Of a DNA stretch of 64,000 bases, positions 1 to 10,357 are shown piece by piece. Every line of letters starts with the position of its first letter. Position 1 is the stretch's first letter. The stretch covers positions 768,001 to 832,000 of the forward strand of contig JALDAJ010000001.1 of assembly GCA_022729235.1 (NCBI GenBank), read 5' to 3'. The notes beneath the pieces were generated by a model. It did no database searches. It had not been told where the DNA came from and saw only the letters and a program-made list of their open reading frames with translations. Source of the DNA: Candidatus Nanohalarchaeota archaeon. Its GTDB lineage: Archaea > Nanohalarchaeota > Nanosalinia > Nanosalinales > Nanosalinaceae. The position numbers were made by a program, and so were the translations under genes.

Positions 1-75
1 GTACTGACAGCACTCCCGGAGACCATGATTATCCTGGGACTGGTTGTAGCACTGGTTGTGGCAGGATTCATATAG
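1..75 (+). CDS. atpK: A-type ATP synthase subunit K (c), 3' end, partial
   Basis: Frame 1 reads VLTALPETMIILGLVVALVVAGFI*, with the conserved PET glutamate motif of proteolipids; directly upstream of atpE. Confidence 0.9.
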   Translation, partial: VLTALPETMIILGLVVALVVAGFI

Positions 76-85
76 AAAACCCCAA

Positions 86-105
86 AGCGGGCCGCAAGGC
101 CCGTT
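86..105 (+). terminator. GC-rich hairpin with GCAA tetraloop after atpK
   Basis: AGCGGGCC-GCAA-GGCCCGTT forms an 8-bp stem with one G-U pair; function inferred. Confidence 0.55.
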
Positions 106-153
106 CACACTTAATTTATACCACATAACAAGACACAAGGTGAAACAAATACT

Positions 154-684
154 ATGGGACTCGAAGAAGTCACAGACGACATCCTGAACGAGGCAGAGCA
201 AAAGTCGAACCAGCTCGTCAAGGAAGCGAGAGCTGAAGCCGAGAGCATCAGGGAAGAAGCTGAAGAAAAAGCAGAGAGAATCAAACAAGAGGCGGAAGAA
301 GAAGTAGAAGAGAAAAAAGAATCCCTGGAGAAGAAAGCACTCTCAGGTGCACGGATGAAAGCCCGGGAGATAAAGCTCAGGGAGAAACAGAAACAGCTCG
401 ACGAAGTGTTCGAGAACTTCCGTGAAGAACTGGAAGACCTCGATGCGAGTGAAAGAGAAGAATTCGTAGACAGGTGTATAGAGAAAGCCGGTTTCGATGT
501 CGGAACTGTGAAAGGTTCAGCAGAATTCGAGGATGCAGTAGACATGGAGTTTGAAGAGAAAGAAATTGACGGGATTATACTTGAATCAGAAGACGGTGAG
601 AGACGGATGGACTTCACATTCGATCGCATCGCCAGGAACTACCGTGAAAACCTGAGGAAAGACGTGGCAGAGGTGCTGTTTTAG
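154..684 (+). CDS. atpE: A-type ATP synthase subunit E
   Basis: MGLEEV.DDI..EA start, long coiled coil, DFTFD near C-terminus; operon position; AGGTGA SD. Confidence 0.92.
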   Translation: MGLEEVTDDILNEAEQKSNQLVKEARAEAESIREEAEEKAERIKQEAEEEVEEKKESLEKKALSGARMKAREIKLREKQKQLDEVFENFREELEDLDASEREEFVDRCIEKAGFDVGTVKGSAEFEDAVDMEFEEKEIDGIILESEDGERRMDFTFDRIARNYRENLRKDVAEVLF

Positions 685-689
685 AGACA

Positions 690-1688
690 ATGAACATCAA
701 ATTATCTTTCGCAGACTACACCTACACAAATGCGCGTGTAAGCGCGAAGCGCGCCAAACTCCTCGATAAAGGAGACTACGAGAATCTCCTCAAGATGCAG
801 TCGAATGAGATCGCAAGAAACCTGGAAGAAGAGGACTATCGACAGGAGATTAACGAACTTGGGTCCCGGTATGAAGGCGTTGAACTTGTAGAGCTGGCGT
901 TGAACAGGAACCTTTCAAGGACACTATCCCACCTGCTGGAGCTGGCGCCGGAAGAACTTGAAGAGGTTCTCAAGACCTACCTCAGAAGGTATGATATAAA
1001 GAGCCTGAAAAGACTGCTCCGGTGGAAGAAATCAGGACACGAGATAGATATCCAGGACATGATGGTGCCTGCAGGCGATCTGGACTACGAAGAACTGGAA
1101 GAACTCGCTGAGAAGGAGTTCCATGATATAATAGATGCTATACACTTCAAGGACTCCAGGGTTGACTACCAGAGTTACCTTGAAGGAAAAAAGGAGCTTC
1201 CCGAGATAGAAAAAGCTCTTGACCAGGCATACTTCGATGAACTGGAGATGCTGGCGTCAAGAGCAGGAAGCCGGCAGTTCAGGAAGTTCGTGGAGAAGGA
1301 GATGAAGCATGAGAACCTGAGAACAGTTCTGAGACTGAAGAAGTATGGTTTCGATTACGATGAGACCCGGGAATACCTGTTCTCTGACGGTGACAGAAGG
1401 GTCGAAGAAGTTGCGAGAGCAGGGAGTATGGAAGATGCGCTCAATATAGTACGGAAGGAGGAGAAAGTGGACGGAGACAACCTGGAAGAGATAGAGCACG
1501 CCCTGGAGACCCGTCGACTGGAGGAGGCGCTCAAGATGGCGCACGCTGAACCGCTCGGTATAACGCCTATACTCGGATACGTAATCGCAAAAATCGTCGA
1601 GGTAAGAAATCTCAGGGTGCTCATGCGTGCGAAAGAGACCGAGATCCAAAAAACAGAGGATATCAGGCAGAGTTTGGTGACAGCATAA
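690..1688 (+). CDS. atpC: A-type ATP synthase subunit C
   Basis: YTNARVSA..AKLL and EVRNLR motifs; operon position. Confidence 0.93.
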   Translation: MNIKLSFADYTYTNARVSAKRAKLLDKGDYENLLKMQSNEIARNLEEEDYRQEINELGSRYEGVELVELALNRNLSRTLSHLLELAPEELEEVLKTYLRRYDIKSLKRLLRWKKSGHEIDIQDMMVPAGDLDYEELEELAEKEFHDIIDAIHFKDSRVDYQSYLEGKKELPEIEKALDQAYFDELEMLASRAGSRQFRKFVEKEMKHENLRTVLRLKKYGFDYDETREYLFSDGDRRVEEVARAGSMEDALNIVRKEEKVDGDNLEEIEHALETRRLEEALKMAHAEPLGITPILGYVIAKIVEVRNLRVLMRAKETEIQKTEDIRQSLVTA

Positions 1689-1990
1689 TGGATGAAAAGA
1701 AAAGTATCGCGGTGATAGGTGACAGTGACTTCACAACCGGTTTCAGGCTGGCAGGAGTCCGGAAAATATTCGGCGACGAAGACTACGCAGAAACTATCCA
1801 GGAACTTGTTTCGAGAGATGACATAGGCATAATAGTCGCTGAGCAGGAAGATATCCGGGAACTACCAGAACGTATACAGAAACAGGTACAGGAATCAGTT
1901 GACCCGGTCGTAGTCGCGTTATCAGAATCAGGTACTACAGAGCAGATTAATGAAAAAATCCGGAAAGTTATCGGGGCAGACATAACGTAA
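1688..1990 (+). CDS. atpF: A-type ATP synthase subunit F
   Basis: IAVIGD.DFTTGFRLAGV and KVIGADI motifs. Confidence 0.95.
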   Translation: MDEKKSIAVIGDSDFTTGFRLAGVRKIFGDEDYAETIQELVSRDDIGIIVAEQEDIRELPERIQKQVQESVDPVVVALSESGTTEQINEKIRKVIGADIT

Positions 1991-2017
1991 TCTATACTAT
2001 CAAGGTGAACAACTAAA

Positions 2018-2107
2018 ATGACAGAACAGACCACAGCTCAGCAGCAAGACGCTGACGAAAAGCAAAGCTTTTCTAAGACAACAAGAACTCGCGGAGGCGA
2101 TTTCTGA
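2018..2107 (+). CDS. putative 29-aa small ORF coupled to atpA
   Basis: AGGTGA SD 9 nt upstream; [29 protein letters not shown]; TGA overlaps the atpA ATG (TGATG). Confidence 0.45.
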   Translation: MTEQTTAQQQDADEKQSFSKTTRTRGGDF

Positions 2108-3837
2108 TGTCGGGAGAAATCTATAAAGTTACAGGACCGGTCGTAGTAGCGACCGGTATGAGCCCACAGATGAACGATGTCGTCCGAGTAGGCGACGAAG
2201 GTCTGATGGGGGAAGTTATCCAAATCGAAGGAGAAAAAAGCTATATCCAGGTCTACGAGGACACGACCGGAGTCAAACCCGGTGAACCCGTGGAGAACAC
2301 AGAACAACCACTTTCCGTAGAACTTGGACCCGGACTGCTTGGCTCAATCTACGACGGGCTCCAGAGACCGCTTGAAATCCTACAGGAAAAGACTGGTGAC
2401 TTTATCGAGAGAGGAGAAGACGCACCCGGAATCGACCCGGAAGAAGAGTACGACTTCTCGCCAGTTGTAGAAGAAGGAGACGAAGTCGAACCAGGAGACG
2501 TCCTCGGAGAAGTAGAAGTCTCCTACGGAACACACAAAGTCATGCTACCGCCTCACAGGGAAGGTGGAGAAGTAGAAAACATCGAAGAAGGTGAATACAC
2601 TGTCGAAGAAACAGTAGTTGAAGTCGACGGACAGGAAGTATCGATGAGACAGGAATGGCCTATCAGGAAGGACCGGCCAGTAGAAGACGACCTCAAACCG
2701 GAAATCCCGCTGATAACAGGACAGAGAGTCCTCGACGGACTGTTCCCGATTGCAAAAGGAGGAACGGCAGCAATCCCAGGACCGTTCGGATCGGGAAAAA
2801 CGGTTACACAGCAGTCGCTCGCGAAGTTCTCCGACGCCGACATCATCGTCTACATCGGATGCGGAGAACGTGGAAACGAGATGACCGAGGTACTTGAAGA
2901 GTTTCCGGAACTTGAGGATCCGCAGACAGGAGACAAAATCATTAACAGGACTGTACTTATCGCGAACACATCGAATATGCCTGTAGCAGCGCGTGAAGCA
3001 TCAATCTATACAGGAATCACAATCGCGGAGTACTTCCGAGACATGGGACTCGACGTCGCGCTGATGGCAGACTCAACGTCGCGGTGGGCGGAAGCTATGC
3101 GTGAGATATCCGCAAGACTCGAGGAGATGCCTGGAGAACGTGGATACCCGGCATACCTCGCGTCCAAGCTCGCGGAGTTCTACGAACGCGCAGGACGGGC
3201 AGAGCCCCTGGGAGTTGAAGAACCGGGAAGCGTCTCGATTATCGGCGCGGTTTCACCTCCAGGAGGAGACTTCTCGGAACCGGTGACGCAGAACACCCTG
3301 AGGGTTGTGAAAAACTTCTGGGCGCTTGACTCAGATCTTGCGGAAAAAAGACACTTCCCCGCAATCAACTGGAACGATTCCTACTCTGGCTACGAAACCC
3401 TTCTCCACCAGTACTACGGAGAGGATGTTGACCCAGAGTGGCCGGAAAGAGTCCAGGAGATGAAAGACCTGCTGCAGAAAGACTCTGAACTACAGGAGAC
3501 AGTACAGCTCGTCGGAAAAGACGCACTACCTGATAGAGAAAGACTCACGCTGGAGATCGCAACCATGATTAAGCAGTTCTTCCTCCAGCAGAACGCGTTC
3601 CACGATGTGGATCAGTACTGCTCGCCTGAAAAAACCTTTGAAATCCTTGACCTCGTACTTGACTGGGGAGACGAAGCCTACGACGCACTGGAAGATGGCG
3701 CACTAGTATCAGACATCGTCTCCGTCAGCTCCCGTAACAGGATATCCGAAGTAGCGATATCTGATGACTGGGAGCCAGTAGTCGAAGAAATCAGGGAACA
3801 GATGAAGCAGGAACTGCAAGAAGTCGTGGAGGAGTAG
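2107..3837 (+). CDS. atpA: A-type ATP synthase subunit A
   Basis: Walker [32 protein letters not shown]; no intein. Confidence 0.98.
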   Translation: MSGEIYKVTGPVVVATGMSPQMNDVVRVGDEGLMGEVIQIEGEKSYIQVYEDTTGVKPGEPVENTEQPLSVELGPGLLGSIYDGLQRPLEILQEKTGDFIERGEDAPGIDPEEEYDFSPVVEEGDEVEPGDVLGEVEVSYGTHKVMLPPHREGGEVENIEEGEYTVEETVVEVDGQEVSMRQEWPIRKDRPVEDDLKPEIPLITGQRVLDGLFPIAKGGTAAIPGPFGSGKTVTQQSLAKFSDADIIVYIGCGERGNEMTEVLEEFPELEDPQTGDKIINRTVLIANTSNMPVAAREASIYTGITIAEYFRDMGLDVALMADSTSRWAEAMREISARLEEMPGERGYPAYLASKLAEFYERAGRAEPLGVEEPGSVSIIGAVSPPGGDFSEPVTQNTLRVVKNFWALDSDLAEKRHFPAINWNDSYSGYETLLHQYYGEDVDPEWPERVQEMKDLLQKDSELQETVQLVGKDALPDRERLTLEIATMIKQFFLQQNAFHDVDQYCSPEKTFEILDLVLDWGDEAYDALEDGALVSDIVSVSSRNRISEVAISDDWEPVVEEIREQMKQELQEVVEE

Positions 3838-3848
3838 AGGCAGATACT

Positions 3849-5228
3849 ATGCAACAAGAATACCAGACAATAAACGAAGTTTCAGGACCACTAGTATTTG
3901 TGGAGAAAACCGAGAACGTCGCTTACGGAGACATCGTTGAGATCGAGACTCCTGACGGCGTCAAGAAAGGGGAGGTGCTTGAGACCTCCAAGGACGTTGT
4001 AGTCGTACAGTGCTACGAAGAGACGCGGGGAATCGGTCAGGACGCGTCCGTCCGTTTCATGAACGAGAATGTCAAGATGCCTGTAACCGAGGACTTGCTC
4101 GGGCGTATACTTGACGGTACGGGAGAACCTCTTGACGACGGACCGGAGATAATCCCGGAGGAAGAGAGAGACATCGTCGGGGAAGCAATCAATCCTTCTT
4201 CAAGAGAACTTCCGGAGGACTTCATCCAGACCGGTGTTTCAACCATCGACGTCATGAACACGCTAGTACGTGGACAGAAACTGCCGATTTTCTCCGGTTC
4301 AGGACTACCGCACAACGAGCTGGCGATGCAAATCGCACGACAGGCAGATGTGAAAGGAGAGAACGAAGAGTTCGCAGTAGTCTTCGCAGGAATGGGTATT
4401 ACGGAGGAAGAATCCCGTGAGTTCATCGAAGAGTTCCGGGAAACTGGCGCACTTGAGCGCTCCGTGGTCTTCCTGAATAAGGCATCAGACCCGGCACCTG
4501 AAAGGATTATCACACCGAGACTCGCACTGACAACGGCGGAGTACCTGGCGTACGATAAGGGCTATGAGGTACTTGTTATCCTGACCGACATGACCAACTA
4601 CGCCAACGCACTGAGAGAAGTATCCGCGGCACGTGAAGAAGTACCGGGACGCAGAGGATATCCGGGATACATGTATACAGACCTTGCGAACATCTACGAA
4701 CGCGCAGGCATCATCGAAGGAGAGGACGGATCAGTTACCCAGATCCCTATCCTGACGATGCCTAACGACGACATCACACACCCGATCCCTGACCTCACAG
4801 GATACATCACAGAGGGACAGATTGTTGTCGACAGAGACCTTGATAACCAGGGAGTTAAACCACCAGTCAATGTACTTCCATCTCTATCGCGTCTCATGGA
4901 CAACGGGGTGGGAGAAGGGTTCACACGTGAAGACCACCCTGACGTCTCCGACCAGCTCTACGCGCTATACGCAGAGGGAGAGTCGCTCAGAGATCTCGTA
5001 GCTATCGTCGGTGAGGACGCACTCAGCGACAAGGACGAGAAAGTCCTGGAGTTCGCCCGTCAGTACGAGAAGGAGTTCGTCAACCAGGGAACAAGAGAGA
5101 ACAGAACCATCGAGGAATCGCTTTCCGTCGCATGGGACCTGCTTTCAATCCTGCCAGAAGACGAACTCATCAGAATCGACCCAGAAATCCGTGAGAAATA
5201 CCTAGAGAGTGAGGAGGGTAATGAGTAG
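3849..5228 (+). CDS. atpB: A-type ATP synthase subunit B
   Basis: [45 protein letters not shown]. Confidence 0.98.
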   Translation: MQQEYQTINEVSGPLVFVEKTENVAYGDIVEIETPDGVKKGEVLETSKDVVVVQCYEETRGIGQDASVRFMNENVKMPVTEDLLGRILDGTGEPLDDGPEIIPEEERDIVGEAINPSSRELPEDFIQTGVSTIDVMNTLVRGQKLPIFSGSGLPHNELAMQIARQADVKGENEEFAVVFAGMGITEEESREFIEEFRETGALERSVVFLNKASDPAPERIITPRLALTTAEYLAYDKGYEVLVILTDMTNYANALREVSAAREEVPGRRGYPGYMYTDLANIYERAGIIEGEDGSVTQIPILTMPNDDITHPIPDLTGYITEGQIVVDRDLDNQGVKPPVNVLPSLSRLMDNGVGEGFTREDHPDVSDQLYALYAEGESLRDLVAIVGEDALSDKDEKVLEFARQYEKEFVNQGTRENRTIEESLSVAWDLLSILPEDELIRIDPEIREKYLESEEGNE

Positions 5229-5535
5229 GGTCGGATTATCTGTGAAGGCTCTTGAAGGAGATCGCGAGTATGACTGCGTGGCGGTTTTAGACGAAAGAAA
5301 TGTTTGGGATAAAGATCGTGTGGTGAACGAGAGGCTCAGTGAGTTACTTCCTGGTTCGACGTATGATTACTTAACAAGACCTGACTCTGAAGGACCTTCT
5401 TGCGCTGAGATATACTTCAGTCCTACTCGAGGAGGTATGGACTTCAGGATAGAGGTTGATAACAGCGATACGGCATTTCTAGGGAGTATGTCTACAGAAA
5501 ACCATCTGTATGGGTATTTAAACAGAGGTCTTTGA
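5221..5535 (+). CDS. hypothetical protein inserted between atpB and atpD
   Basis: ATG at 5221 overlaps the atpB end; stop abuts the atpD ATG; no recognisable motif. Confidence 0.6.
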   Translation: MSRVGLSVKALEGDREYDCVAVLDERNVWDKDRVVNERLSELLPGSTYDYLTRPDSEGPSCAEIYFSPTRGGMDFRIEVDNSDTAFLGSMSTENHLYGYLNRGL

Positions 5536-6165
5536 ATGACACAGGACGTTAAACCCACGCGCTCGGAAGAGCTGAAGCTGAAGGAGAAGATCGAGCTTGC
5601 GGAGAACGGTCACAATATCCTTGAGAAGAAGCGTGACGGTCTTATCCACGAGTTCATGGAGATTGTTGACGAAGCGAAAGAGGTTGACGAGAACTTAGCG
5701 GAGGCGTACACCGAGGCGAAGGAGAAACTGGCGCTTGCAAAGACATATGACGGAGAGGATACTGTAAAGGCGAGTGCTCTCGCAAACGGCGACGAACCGA
5801 AGATTTCCTCCGAGACCCACAACATCATGGGTGTTCTGGTGCCTGAGATCTCCGCAGAGACTGATATCCAGACCAACATACTGAACAGGGAGTACGGTAT
5901 CACGTCCTCTACATCCCGTATTGACTCAACTGCGGACAAGTACGAAGTCCTGCTTGAACAGGTGATAGATGCCGCGGAGACCCAGACCAAGCTCCTCCGT
6001 CTACTCAACGAGATAAAGAAGACTAAGAGAAGAGTGAACGCGCTGGAGCACAAGGTCATCCCGGAGATGAAGGATGCGCTCGGCACTATTTCCCAGGCGC
6101 TGGAAGAAAGCGAGCGTGAGGAAACGTTTAGGATGAAGAAGGTTAAGGAGATGACCGAAGAGTAA
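5536..6165 (+). CDS. atpD: A-type ATP synthase subunit D
   Basis: KPTRSE, LEKKRDGL, KTKRRVNALE motifs. Confidence 0.97.
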   Translation: MTQDVKPTRSEELKLKEKIELAENGHNILEKKRDGLIHEFMEIVDEAKEVDENLAEAYTEAKEKLALAKTYDGEDTVKASALANGDEPKISSETHNIMGVLVPEISAETDIQTNILNREYGITSSTSRIDSTADKYEVLLEQVIDAAETQTKLLRLLNEIKKTKRRVNALEHKVIPEMKDALGTISQALEESEREETFRMKKVKEMTEE

Positions 6166-6352
6166 TCCTGCTCTTACCCAGCACGAAACAATATTGTATA
6201 AACATGTTGATAAGAGTTGTCGCGGGTCAAGAGATAAAAGATTTTCTGTCTAATAGGCATGAAAATGAAAGAGTCTGTAGCCAGAGCTTCAAGTTTCTTG
6301 ACCGTTGCCCGTAAAACCGGCTACAAGAAAAGACAGGGCGTCGGCGGGGCCG

Positions 6353-6514
6353 ATGTCTGAGGGACCAGACCTCATAGATGTACTGTCAAATCTAACACAT
6401 CACGTTGCAGCTTTCCTGTTTGGTGCGATACTGCATAAATCTGTAGAGATTGGGAACTGGGAGATGGTTCTGGTGGCGTTTCTCTGCGGAAAAATTATCG
6501 ATATACTGCCCTGA
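6353..6514 (+). CDS. putative small membrane protein
   Basis: ATG at 6353 gives 53 aa with two hydrophobic stretches. Confidence 0.4.
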   Translation: MSEGPDLIDVLSNLTHHVAAFLFGAILHKSVEIGNWEMVLVAFLCGKIIDILP

Positions 6515-6558
6515 ATACAGGGTAAATTTCTAATCACGTAAGAGTTCCTGGCTCTCTA

Positions 6559-7821
6559 CTACTCCTCGACATCGTCTTCTTCCTCGTCTTCCATCTCTTC
6601 TTCTGCTTCGTGCTCCGCTTTCTTTTCGAGGTTAGGAACCATCTCTTCTGTGTCAGCTGCCTGCGCGATGGAGGATGTGTCCATGTCGGGCGCCATCTCC
6701 TCTGCCTGACCTTCTTTCATCTCCTGGAGGTCTTTCCCTACGCGGGATATGAAGTCGTGGGTGTCGTTCTTGAGCTCGTACAGCTCTTTCTCGTTGACTT
6801 CTTCTAGTTCTTTCTCCTTTATCTTTTCGACCACGTCTTCCCACCTGTCGAACATCTCGAGGTGGTTTTCGTCAACGTCAAGATTCTCCTCTACGACCTC
6901 CGGTAGATCGTCCTTGTCTTCCGGTGGTTCGACATCCTGTGCCCTTAGTGCTGCAACGTTTGCCTTGAGGAACTGCTTGTAATCATCTATTATTCCCTTG
7001 ACTTTTTTCTTCGCGCCGAGCTGTGACACAAGCTTGTGCATTCTCCGGACGAAGTCGTCCGCCTTTTCCAGGTGTTCTTCGACTTCTTCTCCTTTAACTT
7101 TTTGTGGGTTCTTTTCTCCCTTGTCTCCGAAGTCGTAGAGTTCCTGTGCGATTTCAACGTATTCTTCTTCCAGCATCTCCTGTTCGACGAACATCTCTTC
7201 AAGCGTCTCCGGGACTCTTTCCTTTGCAGGGGGCTGTTTACCGACTAGCATGATTGGTGCCTGTCCAGCGTTAGCCATCACCTGCTCAAGCTTGTGAGGG
7301 ATTGATGACTTGAAGTTCTTCTCCGCCTTCTTGTAGCCTGCAGCAGCCATCTTCAAACGTTTCTTCACTGATTCTCGTGTGGCAGATATCTTACCGCGTT
7401 CCAGCAGTCTTTTAGCTGGCATGAAAATCCCGACGTCGTAAACCGGTTCTCCGTTCCTGACTGCTTCGATTGCGAGTGGTTCGCCTTTTCTTAGAGAGTT
7501 CCAGAATTCTGTTAGGAATGGGAAGTACTGGATGGTTATCCTGTCGTCAGTCTCTTTTGCGAGTTCGGTGACCTTGGTCTGTATCTTGTTTCTCGCGTCC
7601 TGGGGTACATCGTTCTGTAGTTTGGTGTCGTCAAGTATTACCAGTGTGTCGATGTCGCTGTCGTATCCGTGTTCGCCCTGCGGGACCGAGCCCCAGACTG
7701 CGACGCATTTTACCTTGTCCCCGAGTTTATCTACTAGTTTGTCTGCGAATTCTTCTGCAGCTTCTATACGTCTCTCCTGCGATTTCTCTCGCATCTCCTT
7801 AACTTTGTCGGCACCACTCAT
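6559..7821 (-). CDS. Pol-beta-type nucleotidyltransferase domain plus helical (HEPN-like) region
   Basis: WGSV..GE....SDIDTLVILDD motif, then a helical region and an acidic tail; start taken at MSGAD. Confidence 0.75.
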   Translation of the reverse strand: MSGADKVKEMREKSQERRIEAAEEFADKLVDKLGDKVKCVAVWGSVPQGEHGYDSDIDTLVILDDTKLQNDVPQDARNKIQTKVTELAKETDDRITIQYFPFLTEFWNSLRKGEPLAIEAVRNGEPVYDVGIFMPAKRLLERGKISATRESVKKRLKMAAAGYKKAEKNFKSSIPHKLEQVMANAGQAPIMLVGKQPPAKERVPETLEEMFVEQEMLEEEYVEIAQELYDFGDKGEKNPQKVKGEEVEEHLEKADDFVRRMHKLVSQLGAKKKVKGIIDDYKQFLKANVAALRAQDVEPPEDKDDLPEVVEENLDVDENHLEMFDRWEDVVEKIKEKELEEVNEKELYELKNDTHDFISRVGKDLQEMKEGQAEEMAPDMDTSSIAQAADTEEMVPNLEKKAEHEAEEEMEDEEEDDVEE

Positions 7822-7896
7822 AACAGAACCACATTTAGAGTCTTCTTTCATAAATTTATAAACCTTGCAGTGCAGTTGTCACTTCTAAGTACTTAC

Positions 7897-10353
7897 TTAT
7901 CGGTATTCTTCGCTCTTCCACTGTCCGCCTCTAGCCTGACCCTGTTCGATAGCTCCCTGACTGGAGAATGTATCATCGAAACTTCTAGCCTGTAAAAGGC
8001 CGTCAAGCGGGTCGAAGGCGTGCTCCTCGATCTTTGCCCATTCCCGGTGGTAGCTCCCTTTGTCCATGCCGAAGAACCGCGCGACCAGTTCCTGTTCGAC
8101 CGTCTCAAATTCTCCATCTGTCGGTATTTCTGCTAGTATTTCGTCGAGCTCGTCCGGTGCTATACCTCTCTTTATCATATCCATGGCGACCCGGGTGACG
8201 TACATCTCCTCCCTGTACTCGCCACCGACCTCGAATATTATACGTGCCTCGTCTTTCTCGTTGCGGGCAAAACCGTTCTTGACCATGTGGTAAAGCCAGT
8301 AGTAAAGTGTCTCGTCTCCCCTAGTGAAAGGTCCGTGCCGGTGACCCTGTTGCTGCTCCCATCCTGGCTTTGTTAGGTGGTATGTTTTGACTATCTTTGC
8401 CAGCGGTTTGTCAGGGTCGATATCTAATTCGGGGTAGTCCCTTGCGAGTTCCTTCTCGTTTCTGATAAGTTTCTCCATCTCCTGCCAAGGATCGACTCCG
8501 TAGGACGCGGTGTGCTCCATGTCGATGGTGAACTTGACAAGGTTATCTCTGTAATCCTCTCCTAGGTCATAGCGCGCCTGCCGGTTGATGGCGTGGCAGA
8601 CTATCGCGATATCTTTAGGGCGCCATACCCTGTTAAGCTCTCCTGGGCTGCCAAACATAGCCTCTATGTTTATCTTCAGGCCGAACTTGTTCATCCACTC
8701 TATCCACGTGTACGGATTTTCCAGGTCTGGTTCCTCGTAGTTTTCTGATTCTATCACGGTCTGTTCAAAAGCCTCTTCTTCGAATTTGTCTTCTGACTGG
8801 GTGAAGTGACCCCAGATGTAGCAGGCCCCGACCGCGGCGATTACGTCCAGCTCGTTCTCCCTTCTTTCGTCTAGGAATGCCTCGAAGTCTTCATGTTCTT
8901 CAAAGTATGGCTGGTCTCCTTCGACCTCGTCGCTCTCCTCAAAACTCTGTCTGAGCACGTTTTCCCAGATGAACTGTGGCACTTCGCCGTCTACCTCCGC
9001 GGTCTGCATCCAGGCCGGCATTATCTGGAAGAAGATGTTCGCCTCCTGGATTATCTCATCCCGGAACAGTCGCTGGACCAAGTTCTCCATGATAGGTTTA
9101 CGGATGTTTTCCCAGTCCTCGCTGGCGAACGCCAACTCCTTCGCCGCCTCCTTTAGTTCTGGTCGTTCTGCCGCCTTCTGGTAGATCTGGCTTTCAGTGA
9201 TTTCGTCGATTTTACTTACGATGGAGCGTGTCTTGGCGTTAACAGATATTATGCTATCGCCTCCATTTATACCCCAGAGTCTCTCCGTTATCACCTCATC
9301 GACAGCCTCTCTTACCTCTTCATAGTCGTAGTCTATGATTTCTTGAAGATCTATTCCTTGAACCTGTCCTTCTCGCAACTGATATAAGACGTCACCTAGA
9401 GGCCTTAACAGGTCTCTTGGGGTTTGCTGCTGAATACTGGCGACCGTTTGTATCAACTGCGCCAGATTATCTATATTATCTGCATCTTCTTCATCTCCTG
9501 CCATGTTATATGGCCCGATTCCATAGTTTTCTGCTTCTTCCCTGAATGTCCTGCTGACACCTCCCTGTATCTGGTTGGCTGTCTGGACCACATCTATCCT
9601 CTCTTCTGTATCCTGCGTCCTGTTTTCGAAATATCCGTCCACGATCTCCTCCTTTGCATCGTTCCATTCATCTCTGAATTCATCCGAAAAGTCGGAGAAT
9701 ATCCCCTCGTATATCTGTCCCGGCTGGTCGACGTTGGGTATGAAGAAGTAGTCGAAGAGTTTTTTCATGAACTCCCGGTTCCGGTAGATGTTGTAATCCT
9801 TGCCGTCATCACTGATGTCTCTCAGGCGTTCTCCGAACGGGTCGACTGATATGTCGCTTGCAAGTCTTTCTTCTCTCGGGGGTATGCTTTCGTTGGAGGC
9901 GTGCATGTTGACGTAGCCGACGTCGAAAAGTCCGTCTTCATCTCCTCGTTGTTCGGTCATCTCCCACCTGAAGCTTGCCATCTGCTCCAGGTAACGCTTG
10001 AAGTAGCGGTGGACGATGTTGTAGCCCTGGACTCCCTGTCCTCTGGTAGCGTATGCGCCGGTGAAGCCGATGTTCGGGTCGCCGTGGAGGGTGATGTCGT
10101 CGAACCCGAGCTGGTTGATGACGTTCATGAGTTCCGGGCGGTCGATCTGGAAGGTTGCAGGATTGGATATCTGTATCTCCATGATACCTCCTCCGATCTG
10201 TGCCATACGCCCGATACGCTGGTCGAGCGGAGACGGCACCTGTCCTACATCCAGTCCCGAGGTGTTTCCTACCTGGTAGTGTAAATCGGTTAACTCGCCT
10301 TCCGTATCTTCAGTCTTTAGTTTCTTCTTGATAGAGTCTATGAGGAAAGCCAT
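7897..10353 (-). CDS. endonuclease IV / xylose-isomerase-like TIM-barrel protein with a large insertion
   Basis: Metal-ligand-like motifs TLH, NMH, NIE, TIDMEH, YHL, HRH, IFE in family order; about 410 aa between NMH and NIE. Confidence 0.65.
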   Translation of the reverse strand: MAFLIDSIKKKLKTEDTEGELTDLHYQVGNTSGLDVGQVPSPLDQRIGRMAQIGGGIMEIQISNPATFQIDRPELMNVINQLGFDDITLHGDPNIGFTGAYATRGQGVQGYNIVHRYFKRYLEQMASFRWEMTEQRGDEDGLFDVGYVNMHASNESIPPREERLASDISVDPFGERLRDISDDGKDYNIYRNREFMKKLFDYFFIPNVDQPGQIYEGIFSDFSDEFRDEWNDAKEEIVDGYFENRTQDTEERIDVVQTANQIQGGVSRTFREEAENYGIGPYNMAGDEEDADNIDNLAQLIQTVASIQQQTPRDLLRPLGDVLYQLREGQVQGIDLQEIIDYDYEEVREAVDEVITERLWGINGGDSIISVNAKTRSIVSKIDEITESQIYQKAAERPELKEAAKELAFASEDWENIRKPIMENLVQRLFRDEIIQEANIFFQIMPAWMQTAEVDGEVPQFIWENVLRQSFEESDEVEGDQPYFEEHEDFEAFLDERRENELDVIAAVGACYIWGHFTQSEDKFEEEAFEQTVIESENYEEPDLENPYTWIEWMNKFGLKINIEAMFGSPGELNRVWRPKDIAIVCHAINRQARYDLGEDYRDNLVKFTIDMEHTASYGVDPWQEMEKLIRNEKELARDYPELDIDPDKPLAKIVKTYHLTKPGWEQQQGHRHGPFTRGDETLYYWLYHMVKNGFARNEKDEARIIFEVGGEYREEMYVTRVAMDMIKRGIAPDELDEILAEIPTDGEFETVEQELVARFFGMDKGSYHREWAKIEEHAFDPLDGLLQARSFDDTFSSQGAIEQGQARGGQWKSEEYR

Positions 10354-10357
10354 GATA

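Noticed and set aside
2107-3837. Intein in AtpA
   Set aside because: Length is normal and the motifs around GKT and GCGER are contiguous.
111-6086. Many antisense Ser-rich ORFs in the track, here and throughout the window
   Set aside because: They are shadows of Glu/Asp-rich sense genes (GAA/GAG complement to TTC/CTC).
6259-6360. 33-aa basic ORF upstream of the small membrane ORF
   Set aside because: No SD or motif and atypical composition; cannot be supported.
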